Assembly: GCA_965116495.1 (NCBI GenBank)
Contig: OZ220696.1
Coordinates: 1,760,001-1,824,000, forward strand
Source of the DNA: Gammaproteobacteria bacterium
GTDB lineage: Bacteria; Pseudomonadota; Gammaproteobacteria; Eutrophobiales; Eutrophobiaceae
Direction: 5' to 3'
DNA length: 64,000 nucleotides
Shown here: piece after piece, positions 1 through 9,575 of the stretch
Numbering within the stretch: position 1 is the first letter of the stretch
How the letters are laid out: the number at the start of each line of letters is the position of its first letter
Position numbers and translations under genes: made by a program
Notes under the pieces: model-generated
What the model was told of the DNA's origin: nothing
What the model saw: the letters and a program-made list of their open reading frames with translations, nothing else
The model's database searches: none

Positions 1-155
1 AGATCCGCTGCCTGGAGACCATCGCCGACGGCAAACCCACGACGGAATTCATGAAGTTCGGCGATCGTATCGAGATCGAGATGTTCGATGAAAACGGCGC
101 CTCCATCTTCGGCAGGATCGACCAGATCGTGACCCGGTACCACCCGCCGAGATGA
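1..155 (+). CDS. Fumarylacetoacetate hydrolase family protein, C-terminal part (5' end outside window)
   Basis: Frame 3 reads IRCLETIADGKPTTEFMKFGDRIEIEMFDENGASIFGRIDQIV...*, a typical FAH-family C-terminus. Stop at 153-155, directly before maiA. Confidence 0.8.
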   Translation, partial: IRCLETIADGKPTTEFMKFGDRIEIEMFDENGASIFGRIDQIVTRYHPPR

Positions 156-156
156 T

Positions 157-804
157 ATGAAACTGTATGGCTACTGGCGTTCATCGGCAGCCTACCGGGT
201 ACGCATCGCGCTCAACCTGAAAGGGCTGGATTACGAGGTGGCGCCGGTACACCTGCTGAAAGACGGCGGCGAGCAACTCCAGGCCGAATACCAGGCGATA
301 AACCCCCAGGGCGTCGTCCCTGCCCTGGTGGATGGTGACGTCAGCATCGGCCAGTCTCTCGCCATTATGGATTACCTGGAAACCCGGTACCCGGAACCGC
401 CCCTGTACCCGCAATCGGCAGAGGCCCGGGCATTTGCACAGCAGCTAGCCCTGGTAGTCGCCTGCGATATCCACCCGCTGAATAACCTGCGCGTGCTGAA
501 ATACCTGAAACGCACCCTGGAACAGGGCGACGAAGCAAGGAACGACTGGTATCACCACTGGGTAACAGGGGGTTTTACGGCAATGGAAAAACTATTGGAT
601 GGCAGGGACTGGCAAGGCCCTTACTGCCTGGACGAACAGGTGACCATCGCCGATGCCTGCCTGATCCCACAGATCTACAACGCCCGCCGCTTCGAAATAG
701 CGATGGGCGATTTCCCCAGCCTGGTCAAAATAGAACAGGCGTGCATGGAACTGGAGGCGTTCCGGAGCGCGGCCCCGGAAAACCAGGTGGATGTAAATAC
801 ATGA
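157..804 (+). CDS. maiA: Maleylacetoacetate isomerase (GST zeta class)
   Basis: N-terminal LYGYWRSSAAYRVRIALNLKG, plus DIHPLNNLRV and ADACLIPQIYNARRF motifs; tyrosine-catabolism context. Confidence 0.95.
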   Translation: MKLYGYWRSSAAYRVRIALNLKGLDYEVAPVHLLKDGGEQLQAEYQAINPQGVVPALVDGDVSIGQSLAIMDYLETRYPEPPLYPQSAEARAFAQQLALVVACDIHPLNNLRVLKYLKRTLEQGDEARNDWYHHWVTGGFTAMEKLLDGRDWQGPYCLDEQVTIADACLIPQIYNARRFEIAMGDFPSLVKIEQACMELEAFRSAAPENQVDVNT

Positions 805-816
805 GAGGAGTAAACC

Positions 817-1515
817 ATGTCCGGATTTGACAAAACAGTAAACAGTTACGCCGAGGCGCTGGACGGTCTGCAGGACGGCATGACCATCATCGCCGGCGGC
901 TTCGGCCTGTGTGGCATCCCGGAAGGGTGCATCGCCCGCATCAGGGAAATGGGCGTGCGCGAGCTGACCATCATCTCCAACAACTGCGGGGTGGACGACT
1001 TCGGCCTGGGCCTGTTGCTGGAACACAAGCAGATAAAGAAAATGGTGTCCTCCTACGTTGGCGAGAACGCCCTGTTCGAGGAACAACTGCTCAACGGCGA
1101 ACTGGAAGTGGAACTCACGCCCCAGGGCACGCTGGCGGAGAAGATGCGGGCCGGCGGCGCCGGCATCCCGGCGTTCTATACCGCCACCGGCTACGGTACA
1201 CCCGTCGGGGAAGGCAAGGAGGTACGCGAGTTCAACGGCCGCCAATACATCCTGGAGGAAGCCGTCATCGGCGACTTCGCCATCGTCAAGGGCTGGAAGG
1301 CGGACCGCTACGGCAACGTCATCTACCGGCACACGGCGCAGAATTTCAACCCCATGGCCGCCACCGCCGGCAAGATCACCGTGGTCGAAGTGGAGCAACT
1401 CGTGGAACCCGGTGAACTGGACCCCACCGGCATCCACACGCCGGGCATCTACGTGGACCGGCTCGTCCAGGGCACTTTTGAGAAACGCATCGAACAACGC
1501 ACCATAACGGAGTAA
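817..1515 (+). CDS. scoA: 3-oxoacid (acetoacetate) CoA-transferase subunit A
   Basis: [35 protein letters not shown] motifs; GAGGAG RBS. Confidence 0.93.
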   Translation: MSGFDKTVNSYAEALDGLQDGMTIIAGGFGLCGIPEGCIARIREMGVRELTIISNNCGVDDFGLGLLLEHKQIKKMVSSYVGENALFEEQLLNGELEVELTPQGTLAEKMRAGGAGIPAFYTATGYGTPVGEGKEVREFNGRQYILEEAVIGDFAIVKGWKADRYGNVIYRHTAQNFNPMAATAGKITVVEVEQLVEPGELDPTGIHTPGIYVDRLVQGTFEKRIEQRTITE

Positions 1516-1519
1516 CCCC

Positions 1520-2176
1520 ATGGCACTCTCCCGTGAACAACTGGCAATGCGCGTCGCCCGTGAACTGCAGGACGGCTATTACGTCAACCTCGGCATCGGC
1601 ATCCCCACCCTGGTCGCCAACTACATCCCGGAGGGCATGGAAGTGATGCTGCAATCGGAAAACGGCCTGCTCGGTATGGGCCCGTTCCCCACCGAGGAGC
1701 AACTGGACGCGGACATGATCAACGCCGGCAAACAGACCGTGACGGCCATCACCGGCGCCTCCATCTTCAACTCCGCGGAATCGTTCGCCATGATCCGCGG
1801 CGGCCATGTGGACCTCACGGTACTGGGTGCATTCGAGGTGGACGTGGAAGGCAACATCGCCTCCTGGATGATCCCGGGCAAGCTGATAAAAGGCATGGGC
1901 GGCGCCATGGACCTGGTGGCCGGCGCGGACAACATCATCGTTACCATGACCCATGCCAGTAAGAAAGGCGCATCGAAACTGCTGCCGAAATGTACCCTGC
2001 CCCTGACTGGTGCCGGGTGTATTCACAAGGTGGTGACCGACCTCGCCTATGTGGAGATTAACGATGGGAAGTTCTGGTTGAAGGAACGGGCGCCTGGGGT
2101 GAGTGTGGACGAGATTGTGGCGAAGACCGCGGGGAAGATGGTGGTGCCGGAGGTGGTGGTGGAGATGGGGTTTTGA
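1520..2176 (+). CDS. scoB: 3-oxoacid CoA-transferase subunit B
   Basis: VNLGIGIPTLV, catalytic SENG, GMGGAMDL motifs; follows subunit A. Confidence 0.93.
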   Translation: MALSREQLAMRVARELQDGYYVNLGIGIPTLVANYIPEGMEVMLQSENGLLGMGPFPTEEQLDADMINAGKQTVTAITGASIFNSAESFAMIRGGHVDLTVLGAFEVDVEGNIASWMIPGKLIKGMGGAMDLVAGADNIIVTMTHASKKGASKLLPKCTLPLTGAGCIHKVVTDLAYVEINDGKFWLKERAPGVSVDEIVAKTAGKMVVPEVVVEMGF

Positions 2177-2402
2177 GGAGAGAATTATAGACCTATGTCA
2201 AATAGGACTTGGTACTTGCCATAAGTTACCCAAATTAGTTACGCGGCCCGGACTACCCGGACGACGAACCGGAAACAGGGGGCCACAAGCACAGCCACTG
2301 GCATACGCACACAAGCATCACCATCATTCTCATGATTGAGTTTCGACTTGGAATCACAGGTGTGCGAATAGCAACGCCATCCATGTACGTAATTTGTTAT
2401 TG

Positions 2403-4859
2403 TTAACCGGTTAGGATTGCCTTTAACCTGTCATGCTGCTCCTTGATCCATTGCGCGACTTCCGGCCATTCACTTTCGTCGTCGCCGGTCCAGTGTCTTC
2501 GGACAGTCACTGACCTACCTTTCATGCTCTCCCCCTCCAGGTTCTCTCCAAGTTCCTGGTCACTCATCTCTGTGCGGATAGCCCTTGAGTATCCTTGTAC
2601 TCGCCTCGTCATTTCTTCCGCCGACTCGTCTCGGGTTTTCCAGACTTTGATATACAGCCAAAGCGATTCAGGATTTCCGACATATATGCCTATCCGGTCG
2701 CCGGTTGAGTTCAAAGCATCCGTCCATTGGTTTCCGCCTCGCCAGTCGTCCTTCTGTCCTGGTACACCACCCGTTTGTAATTTGAGAAATCTCCAAAAGC
2801 GCTGAGAGTGGTTGTTGTCATCGAACTCAACATCGATCCTGACATCGCATCGTCTGCCCATTTCCTGACAACGCTCCGCGCTGGCCGGATAGTCCCTTGC
2901 ATAAGGATACAAGACGTACTCGCTATAACCCGGCACCGCGCGCAAGGTGCGTGTTCCGGCCATACTTCCGGCGGGATATCGACTAGCCGATTGCAAGTCA
3001 TAGGTAACTGCTTCCCCGCAGAGTCGTTCAGCGTTCGCCGGGTCCCGGTCCAGGAGCGTGGCAGCGACGTTCAGCACCATGTCGCTCGCAGCGCTCTCGG
3101 TACGCCATGGACTTTCTTCGATGCGCCACCTGAGACCCGAGTCACGTGCCTGCGTATCGCGCTTGTCGGCTCCCTGATCCTGCCACGGCCAGCAATCCAA
3201 TGCCCTGAGTGTTAACTCTTCAGCGCTTCGTTCCAGCGCCTCTTCGTCCCATGTATTTTCTTGCGCGAGACGACGCGTAATACCTATTGCGCTCCTCTTA
3301 TACATTTCCCGTTTTGCATTGAACGTGATAGTACCCATGCTCGAGTTCGTGGCATCTCCGCTCAAGGTCAGATTTGCGAGGCGGTCGCGATAGCGTCCGT
3401 GTATTTCGTCAGCGCTGTCCCCCAAGTAGCTTCTCCACCCATTTGTCAACTTCTGCGGCATCACATGCTCAATCGTCAGGCGCTCCCGGGCCGGAGACTC
3501 TTCCTTATGTTCTGCTTCCATAAGCGCACATAACACCGCGAACGATGAACGGGTGGCACTGGCCCCGTAAGCCTTCCGGGTGCGGATGCCCTCACGAACT
3601 TCCTCATCACTTGGGACACCAACACGTGAGTTTCGGAGTCTTCGAATCCGGCCAAGCCAGTATTGCGGATAATCTTCATCAGTGTTTGGTCCAGGCCCAT
3701 GGGCAAGCTCCGCCACTGATCTGTTCATCCCAGCTGTTGGCCGGTCTGCCAGCCATAGCCGGGTGATCCATGTTCCAATGCTTGAAATTACTTCAGCCAA
3801 TTCTTCACTTGTCGTTCCCGTAGCATCATTCCGTGAAGCGTCATCAAGTAGCCGCAACGCCAAGGGACGGTGAACATCAATCCCCATTGCCCGTAAGTGC
3901 AAGAGTTTTTGTTCGACTTTCTTGTCAGGATGTTTCCCTGCCGTGCCGGTAATTATGCCGTAGAGTGACGCAAGTCGTGCAAGTTCTCTACAAAGAGCGG
4001 GGCGATCCTTGGCAAGTTCCTGCTGTACTGCCCAGCGCCGCAGTCCTTCATAGGCTTGATCGATTCCGATAACCTCACCGGTATGCCAGCGTAAGAAGTC
4101 TCGAAGAAACGTGTCTATGGGCTCACTCGCGTGTTCTGCTCCCAGTGCCCGTTCTATATCTCGCCAGTGCTTGTCATGTAGATATTGCTGCTCCGCATCA
4201 GGGAGACCCATCAGCAGCCAGTTTTTGACCTTCTCGCTCTCGGTGAGAGGGCGACCGGTAGCGTTCAGACTCTCGAAGATCTGTTGAGGGTCTTCCTTAT
4301 TGCCTAGGCCAATGGTGACTACCCGAAATCGTTCGAGCCCCTTGAGCAAACGGCCTGCGTCATACTTAGCGACCAGACGGCGGGCGATTTTCCAGGCCTG
4401 TGTTACGGCGCCGGGGCCGTCCGGTTCGCCGTCCAGCCCGCGTTGGTATTCTGCTTCATCGCCGTCCTGAAGCCTCAGTTTTCGGAATTTTTCCGGGGGT
4501 TGTCCAGGATTCGTAAGCCGAAAGTCCCGTATAATCTGCGAGGTCCAATCACCGTAACAGCCTTCTGGCCCCAACTCTGATGCAATGCAGGCCAAGAGAA
4601 TGCTCACAGTGGTCAGCCTCTGCTGCCCGTCAATGATGCGATGGCGGTTTACCACGCCAGGAGGACCTGGTTCAGGAAAGGTGAGAAGTGTCCCGCCGTA
4701 ATGTGTTGCATCAGGATCAGCTTCCGCGACGGTCAGCAGATCATCAACAAGTCGTTCAATGTCGGACTGCCCCCAACGATAGCGGCGTTGCCAACGTGGC
4801 ACAATGTACTGCACTTGCCCGTTTAAAAGTTTCAGAAAATCGATGTGGTAGGCGTCCAT
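2403..4859 (-). CDS. DUF262-DUF1524 (GmrSD-like, type IV restriction-type) protein with C-terminal extension, last domain DUF4268-like
   Basis: DUF262 motifs PRWQRRYRW, IDGQQRLTT, FESLNATG; HNH-like IEHVMPQ...LANLTL...N; about 250-aa C-terminal extension. Confidence 0.85.
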   Translation of the reverse strand: MDAYHIDFLKLLNGQVQYIVPRWQRRYRWGQSDIERLVDDLLTVAEADPDATHYGGTLLTFPEPGPPGVVNRHRIIDGQQRLTTVSILLACIASELGPEGCYGDWTSQIIRDFRLTNPGQPPEKFRKLRLQDGDEAEYQRGLDGEPDGPGAVTQAWKIARRLVAKYDAGRLLKGLERFRVVTIGLGNKEDPQQIFESLNATGRPLTESEKVKNWLLMGLPDAEQQYLHDKHWRDIERALGAEHASEPIDTFLRDFLRWHTGEVIGIDQAYEGLRRWAVQQELAKDRPALCRELARLASLYGIITGTAGKHPDKKVEQKLLHLRAMGIDVHRPLALRLLDDASRNDATGTTSEELAEVISSIGTWITRLWLADRPTAGMNRSVAELAHGPGPNTDEDYPQYWLGRIRRLRNSRVGVPSDEEVREGIRTRKAYGASATRSSFAVLCALMEAEHKEESPARERLTIEHVMPQKLTNGWRSYLGDSADEIHGRYRDRLANLTLSGDATNSSMGTITFNAKREMYKRSAIGITRRLAQENTWDEEALERSAEELTLRALDCWPWQDQGADKRDTQARDSGLRWRIEESPWRTESAASDMVLNVAATLLDRDPANAERLCGEAVTYDLQSASRYPAGSMAGTRTLRAVPGYSEYVLYPYARDYPASAERCQEMGRRCDVRIDVEFDDNNHSQRFWRFLKLQTGGVPGQKDDWRGGNQWTDALNSTGDRIGIYVGNPESLWLYIKVWKTRDESAEEMTRRVQGYSRAIRTEMSDQELGENLEGESMKGRSVTVRRHWTGDDESEWPEVAQWIKEQHDRLKAILTG

Positions 4860-4863
4860 GGAA

Positions 4864-5439
4864 CTACAGCAGAGCCGGTAAATTCTGTTGACGTTCTGTC
4901 TGCCTGTCTGAAAAGCGGCGTGCCGGTGATGGAGCTATAGCGGGCATGGTCACCATTTGAAACGACCAAAAAAGCAGAGTGCTAAGATTCAACCGTCGAA
5001 TATCGCGCAAGTTCACGTGACCCGCAGTCGCACCTGTTTCACCAGCCAATAGCGCTCCTTGCTGCTTGGGAGCAAGTAAGTAGTAACAAAGGAAATGAGA
5101 ATCAACTTTCTCGCAATCCGGACACAAGTGCGCCGTTCTTTGTCCCAAGCAGGCGGTCTGACCTTCATTAATAATTGCAACGTTTCCCGCTGGCGCCTCC
5201 CGCGCCAGAATTAGGTCACCCGGCACAGGAACAGCCCGCTTTGTCCATTCCGCATAGACATCCTTGGACACCCTGTTTACCCCATCAAGGAGTAGGCGCC
5301 CTCGCCCCACATTCGGCGTTCTTATTGACGGATACCCGGCTTCTTGGGTAGGAGCTGTCTTATAAAGACAATCGACAATGAACTCGCAAGCGTCGTTGAG
5401 CGTCGTGTGTCCCTCTTGTGAAGTCGTGGTACTACTCAC
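4864..5439 (-). pseudogene. hsdS: Type I restriction-modification specificity subunit fragment (single TRD, truncated)
   Basis: IRTPNV...GDLILAREAPAGNVAII...LGQR...GATAGHVN is HsdS TRD-like. Similarity stops at about 4976, before the conserved P-P-x-x-Q helix, and there is no second TRD. Confidence 0.8.
4922..4975 (-). pseudogene. Internal relic of type I restriction subunit HsdR
   Basis: An alternative frame at the hsdS breakpoint reads AFLVVSNGDHARYSSITG, resembling the HsdR N-terminal-domain segment (N)AFLVVSNGxxARYGSIT. Confidence 0.65.
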
Positions 5440-6479
5440 GTTGGAGTGTCCTGTATGAACTGACGGCCTCGATTTACCATTTGCCCACGCTCCGTGAGCC
5501 GATACTTCTGGTTTCTTGCAGTGGGTAGCTCGGGGCGGGTCATTTCAATCAATCCTGCATCAAGCGCCGGGTGAATGTAGTTGTTTCGGAAAGTCGGACG
5601 ATGAGACAGCCCCAGAACGGCCATCAGATCAAGCGCTGTCCTGGGACCGTTCCGTAATTCGGGGAGCAATCTTCTTACTTGGTCGGTTACATAGTCGCTT
5701 TCTTGATCGGTTGTGGGAAGCTCCAAAACAGCTTCCAGTATCGCCTCCAGCATATAGACGATGAACGGAGTGCTCTCTCCCTTAGATGAACTCTCACGGA
5801 TGGCCTCGTAGTACTCACTTTGCCGTGCGTAAACCAGACTTTCCACCGGCACATAGGTAAACAGGCGCTTCCAGCGGGTCAGTATCAAGCTTTGCCAGAG
5901 ACGTCCCATGCGGCCATTGCCGTCCTCAAACGGATGGATAAACTCGAACTCGTAATGGAAGACGGAACTGGTTATCAACGGATGTTCTTCCGTGCTGTCC
6001 AACCAGGACAGCAGGTCTGACATAAGATGAGGAACGCGGTCGGCAGGTGGGCCGATGTGATGCACTTCTCCCGCTCCTGCCACGGCAATACCACCGTGCC
6101 GGTAGCGGCCGGGGGCGTCAAGTAAGCCAACCATAAGCATCTCGTGGGCTTCAAGTAACTCAGTCTGGCTGGCCGGTTCCCATTGCGGGAATTTTTCATA
6201 AACTTTGAGGGCGTTACGTACCTCCTGAATTTCCCGAAGCGGCGCAATCACCGGCCTACCGTCGAGTATCGTGGAAATCTGTTCCTCGGTAAGCGTGTTG
6301 CCTTCTATCGCCAGCGACCCCTGAATCGAACGAATACGATTGGCCCGCCGCAAACGCAGGTCAGTCTGGCCAGGCATTTCCTCCGTCCTGCCAATCGCCT
6401 CGCCAATCCGCTCCACCAGATCGAGAACAGCCGAGGTGATTTTGTACGGCGGTGTTGTCCCCGTCTGATCGCCTGACAT
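5436..6479 (-). CDS. Fic family protein (class II) with C-terminal winged HTH
   Basis: Fic motif HPFEDGNGRMGR and inhibitory SLAIEGN motif. Start chosen at ATG 6479, just after the brnA stop, rather than the ORF-track start at 6704. Confidence 0.88.
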   Translation of the reverse strand: MSGDQTGTTPPYKITSAVLDLVERIGEAIGRTEEMPGQTDLRLRRANRIRSIQGSLAIEGNTLTEEQISTILDGRPVIAPLREIQEVRNALKVYEKFPQWEPASQTELLEAHEMLMVGLLDAPGRYRHGGIAVAGAGEVHHIGPPADRVPHLMSDLLSWLDSTEEHPLITSSVFHYEFEFIHPFEDGNGRMGRLWQSLILTRWKRLFTYVPVESLVYARQSEYYEAIRESSSKGESTPFIVYMLEAILEAVLELPTTDQESDYVTDQVRRLLPELRNGPRTALDLMAVLGLSHRPTFRNNYIHPALDAGLIEMTRPELPTARNQKYRLTERGQMVNRGRQFIQDTPT

Positions 6480-6480
6480 G

Positions 6481-6738
6481 TCACGCCGCGCCATGCTTTC
6501 CAATCCATTCGCGCAACGCCTCATCGATGCGTGTCTGCCATCCCCGGCCATCCGCCTTGAAGTAATCCAACACCTCCTGTGATAAACGAATGGTAGTCGA
6601 TACCTTCGGCCTAGAAATCGGAGGGCGCCCACGACGAACTTCCGTATTACCAAACTTTTCCAGCCAGCCGTCCTTTGATAGGTCGGGAGCGGTATCAGGG
6701 TCAAAATCTCGGAGTGTAGAGTTTTCGTTTACGTTCAT
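6481..6738 (-). CDS. brnA: BrnA-family antitoxin
   Basis: RRGRP...KVSTTIRLSQEVLDYFKADGRGWQTRIDEALREW C-terminal RHH signature. Confidence 0.85.
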   Translation of the reverse strand: MNVNENSTLRDFDPDTAPDLSKDGWLEKFGNTEVRRGRPPISRPKVSTTIRLSQEVLDYFKADGRGWQTRIDEALREWIGKHGAA

Positions 6739-6757
6739 TGTTTTTTCTCGTTCGCAA
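6701..6757 (-). pseudogene. Relic of BrnT toxin (internally deleted)
   Basis: An 18-codon TTG-started frame LRTRKNNERKRKLYTPRF* overlaps the brnA start and resembles the BrnT C-terminal RKANxRE tail. Confidence 0.55.
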
Positions 6758-6758
6758 T

Positions 6759-6776
6759 TTAATGTTACTACATTAA
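6759..6776. promoter_or_regulatory. Palindromic operator upstream of brnT relic/brnA
   Basis: TTAATGT-TACT-ACATTAA, perfect 7-bp arms, immediately 5' of the brnT relic. Confidence 0.55.
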
Positions 6777-6845
6777 TTCAGCCTAACACAAGACCTATCT
6801 ACCTGGGGCGACAAGAAATAAATATGAAGCAAAATGGTACAATGC

Positions 6846-6874
6846 TTGACACCTAGTACGTTAAAGCGTACGTT
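6846..6874 (+). promoter_or_regulatory. Sigma70 promoter and operator of yefM-yoeB
   Basis: TTGACA (6846-6851), 17-bp spacer, TACGTT (6869-6874). Two GTAC cores 12 bp apart (6856, 6868), the spacing known for YefM operators. Confidence 0.65.
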
Positions 6875-6893
6875 ATGACGGCGGAGGTGTATT

Positions 6894-7136
6894 ATGGCCA
6901 CGGTTAATGCAACAGAAGCACGTTCAAGGTTATATAAACTGATCGATGAAGCATCACAAACTCACAAACCGATTGTCATTACCGGGAAAAGACACAACGC
7001 GGTCCTTCTCGCAGAGGAGGACTGGAATGCCATCAATGAAACCCTCTACCTGGTTTCAATTCCCGGTGTGCGAGAGTCCATCATTGAGGGGATGGAGACC
7101 GGACTTGAAGAATGCGATAAGGATCTCGATTGGTAG
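6894..7136 (+). CDS. yefM: Phd/YefM family antitoxin
   Basis: NATEARSRLYKLIDE...PIVITGKRHNAVLL...INETLYL signature; GGAGG RBS. Confidence 0.92.
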   Translation: MATVNATEARSRLYKLIDEASQTHKPIVITGKRHNAVLLAEEDWNAINETLYLVSIPGVRESIIEGMETGLEECDKDLDW

Positions 7137-7255
7137 TGTGGGAACTGTATTTTGCGTATTTCACTGAATCCTGCCACCCGTTTCACGTGAAGGCTGCCAC
7201 CCGGAACGCAGCAAAGCTGCCACCCCCGGGCGCGTGATGACGTGGGTGTTGGTCA

Positions 7256-8014
7256 TTATGACTCTGTTGGGGTCATCGTCGTCAATATTTTTTTCTGTTT
7301 TCGCATGGATTCTCCCTTGAGGTTGATTTTGTAAGCATTGTGCACCAAGCGGTCGAGGATGGCATCGGCGAGGGTGGGGTCGCCGATACTGTCATGCCAT
7401 TTTTCGGGCGGTAATTGACTGGTAGCGAGGGTGGAGCGTGCGCCGTGGCGGTCTTCCAGGATTTCCAGCAGGTCACGGCGCTGCTCTGCGTTCAGTTTGA
7501 CCAGGCCCCAGTCATCGAGGATGAGGACCTGGGTTCTCGCCAGGGTGGACAGGAGTTTAGGGTAGCGTCCGTCCCCTTTGGCGATAGTCATGTCCTGGAG
7601 GAGTCTGGGCAGGCGCAGGTAGAGGGCGGTGTGGCCCACTCGGCAGGCGCTGTGCGCCAGGGCGCAGGCGAGCCAGGTTTTGCCGACGCCGGTGGGGCCG
7701 GTGATGAGGATATTGAGGTGTTCCCTGACCCACTGGCAGGTGGCCAGTGATTGCATCAGGGATTTATCCAGTCCGCGCGGGTGGTGATAGTCGATATCCT
7801 CCAGGGCGGCATTGTGTTTGAGGCGGGCGCGGCGCAACCGGTTGGAAGTGCGCCGGTTGTCCCGCTCGGTGAGCTCCCGGTCGACGAGCAGGCCGAGGCG
7901 TTCCTCGAAGCTGAGCGTGTCGATATCGGGCAGGGTCATTTGCTCGGTGAGCGCGGCAACCATACCGGTGCACTTCAGGGTGTGGAGTTTATCCAGGGTG
8001 GGATGTGTCAACAT
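7256..8014 (-). CDS. istB: IS21 helper ATPase IstB
   Basis: Walker A GPTGVGKT, Walker B LILDDWG, AILDRLVH. Start MLTHPT at 8014 with GGAG RBS. Confidence 0.95.
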   Translation of the reverse strand: MLTHPTLDKLHTLKCTGMVAALTEQMTLPDIDTLSFEERLGLLVDRELTERDNRRTSNRLRRARLKHNAALEDIDYHHPRGLDKSLMQSLATCQWVREHLNILITGPTGVGKTWLACALAHSACRVGHTALYLRLPRLLQDMTIAKGDGRYPKLLSTLARTQVLILDDWGLVKLNAEQRRDLLEILEDRHGARSTLATSQLPPEKWHDSIGDPTLADAILDRLVHNAYKINLKGESMRKQKKILTTMTPTES

Positions 8015-8033
8015 AGTGCTCTCCTGTTGTGGA

Positions 8034-9575
8034 TCAGTGGTAGTAGGATGGGCCACGCAGATTGTCGTGGTCATCAGGCAAGTCCGCCTCGGTCTGTTCG
8101 GCAAGGGGTTGCCGGTCGAGGCCGTGGCGGAGGATGGATTCGAGACTCTTGTAGCTGTGGCTGCCCAGGGTGAGGGCGCGTTGGCAGGCGGCCTCCAGCC
8201 GGTCATTGCCATAGGTTTTGCCAAGACGCAGAATGCCTAAACAGCTGCGGTAGGCCTGCTGGGGGTGCTTGCGGGCAGACAGGACACGGAGGATAAGGGT
8301 TTCTGTGGCCGGCCCGACCTGCGCGGCCCAGCGGCCCAGGCGTTGCGGAGACCACTCGCCGGCCTGGCGGTGTGCCTCGGGCATGTGGGCCGTGACGGTG
8401 GTATGGCGCGCCTTGTGGCAGGAGCGCCGATGGCTGGCGATGCGTTGTCCACGGTGGAAACACTCAATGGTGTTGGCGGTGATGCGCACGTCCACTTGTT
8501 TTTTGATGAGCGCATGGGGCACGGAGTAGTAATGGCCATGGACCTCGACGTGATAGTCGATATGGACCCGTGCCTGCTTCCACTCGGCGTATTCGTACGG
8601 CTCGACGGGCAGGGGGCGCAGGGCCGGTTTGTCCAGTTGCTCAAACAGGGTGCGCCGGGTGCCCGGCAGTTTCTTGAAGGGCCGGTTGTTGAGCGTCTCA
8701 AGCAACGCCCGGATGGCCCGGTTCAACTCGGCCAGGGAGAAGCACTGACGCCGGCGCAGCGCGGCGAGGATCCAGCGCTCCACCACCTGGACTGCGACCT
8801 CTGCTTTCGCTTTGTCACGGGGGCGCCGCACCCGCGCCGGGACGATAGCGACCCCGTAATGGGCGGCCAGGTCCTGGTAGGTGGGGTTGATATCCGGCTC
8901 ATACCGGTGTGCCCTGGCAACGCCTGCGCGTAAATTGTCGGGCACCACCACCGCCGGCACACCACCGAAGTAGTCAAAACAGCGCACGTGGGCGCCGGTC
9001 CAGTCTGCCAGTCCCTGGGTCCAGGTGGCCTCGGCATAGGTGTAGTTCGATGCACCCAGCGCTGCCACAAACACCTCTGCCTCACGCACCTCCCCGGTCG
9101 CCGGGTTGATGACCTGGGCACGCATACCGGCATAATCCACGAACAGCTTCTCACCGGCCCGGTGACTCTGGCGCATCACCAGGTCCAGCTTGCCGGCCCA
9201 GGCCCGGTACTGCCGGCAGAACCAAGTGTACTGATACCCGTGCGGGTAAGTCTGGCGATACTCATGCCATAACAACTGCAGGGTGACGCCCGGGCGTTTC
9301 AACTCCCGATGAACTTCTGACCAATCGGGCATGCCGCGGGCCGCAGCGGGCACGGCCGGGGTGGGCGGAAACAGCAGACGCTCCAGCGCCCCGTCATCCA
9401 GCTCAACCGGCAACGGCCAACCCAGCCCGGCCGCCTCGGCCCGGCGCAGGTACGCATCCACCGCCGGACGGGAAAGGCCACAACTCCTGGCGGTCTGGCG
9501 TTTACTCAGGCCCTGGCCCCAACACAGGCGTAATACTTCTTTTATCTTTCTCATGGACAACCTCTTTGCGGGCAT
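8034..9575 (-). CDS. istA: IS21 DDE transposase IstA
   Basis: N-terminal HTH; [20 protein letters not shown](V) DDE motifs; YYSVP. Confidence 0.95.
   Translation of the reverse strand: MPAKRLSMRKIKEVLRLCWGQGLSKRQTARSCGLSRPAVDAYLRRAEAAGLGWPLPVELDDGALERLLFPPTPAVPAAARGMPDWSEVHRELKRPGVTLQLLWHEYRQTYPHGYQYTWFCRQYRAWAGKLDLVMRQSHRAGEKLFVDYAGMRAQVINPATGEVREAEVFVAALGASNYTYAEATWTQGLADWTGAHVRCFDYFGGVPAVVVPDNLRAGVARAHRYEPDINPTYQDLAAHYGVAIVPARVRRPRDKAKAEVAVQVVERWILAALRRRQCFSLAELNRAIRALLETLNNRPFKKLPGTRRTLFEQLDKPALRPLPVEPYEYAEWKQARVHIDYHVEVHGHYYSVPHALIKKQVDVRITANTIECFHRGQRIASHRRSCHKARHTTVTAHMPEAHRQAGEWSPQRLGRWAAQVGPATETLILRVLSARKHPQQAYRSCLGILRLGKTYGNDRLEAACQRALTLGSHSYKSLESILRHGLDRQPLAEQTEADLPDDHDNLRGPSYYH

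Noticed and set aside
592-2026. Long antisense ORFs (592-1521, 1376-2026 and many similar in the track)
   Set aside because: Shadow frames of GC-rich genuine genes, with no motifs or RBS.
6480-6704. ORF-track N-terminal extensions (Fic from 6704; likewise istB 8224, hppD 21920, cysC 25965, BBE oxidase 39973, def 51351)
   Set aside because: They overlap neighbouring genes or operators. Downstream starts match the family N-termini, and several also have an RBS.
5436-6738. BrnA-Fic as a new toxin-antitoxin pair
   Set aside because: The Fic has its own inhibitory (S/T)xxxE(G/N) helix, and a BrnT relic explains the presence of brnA.
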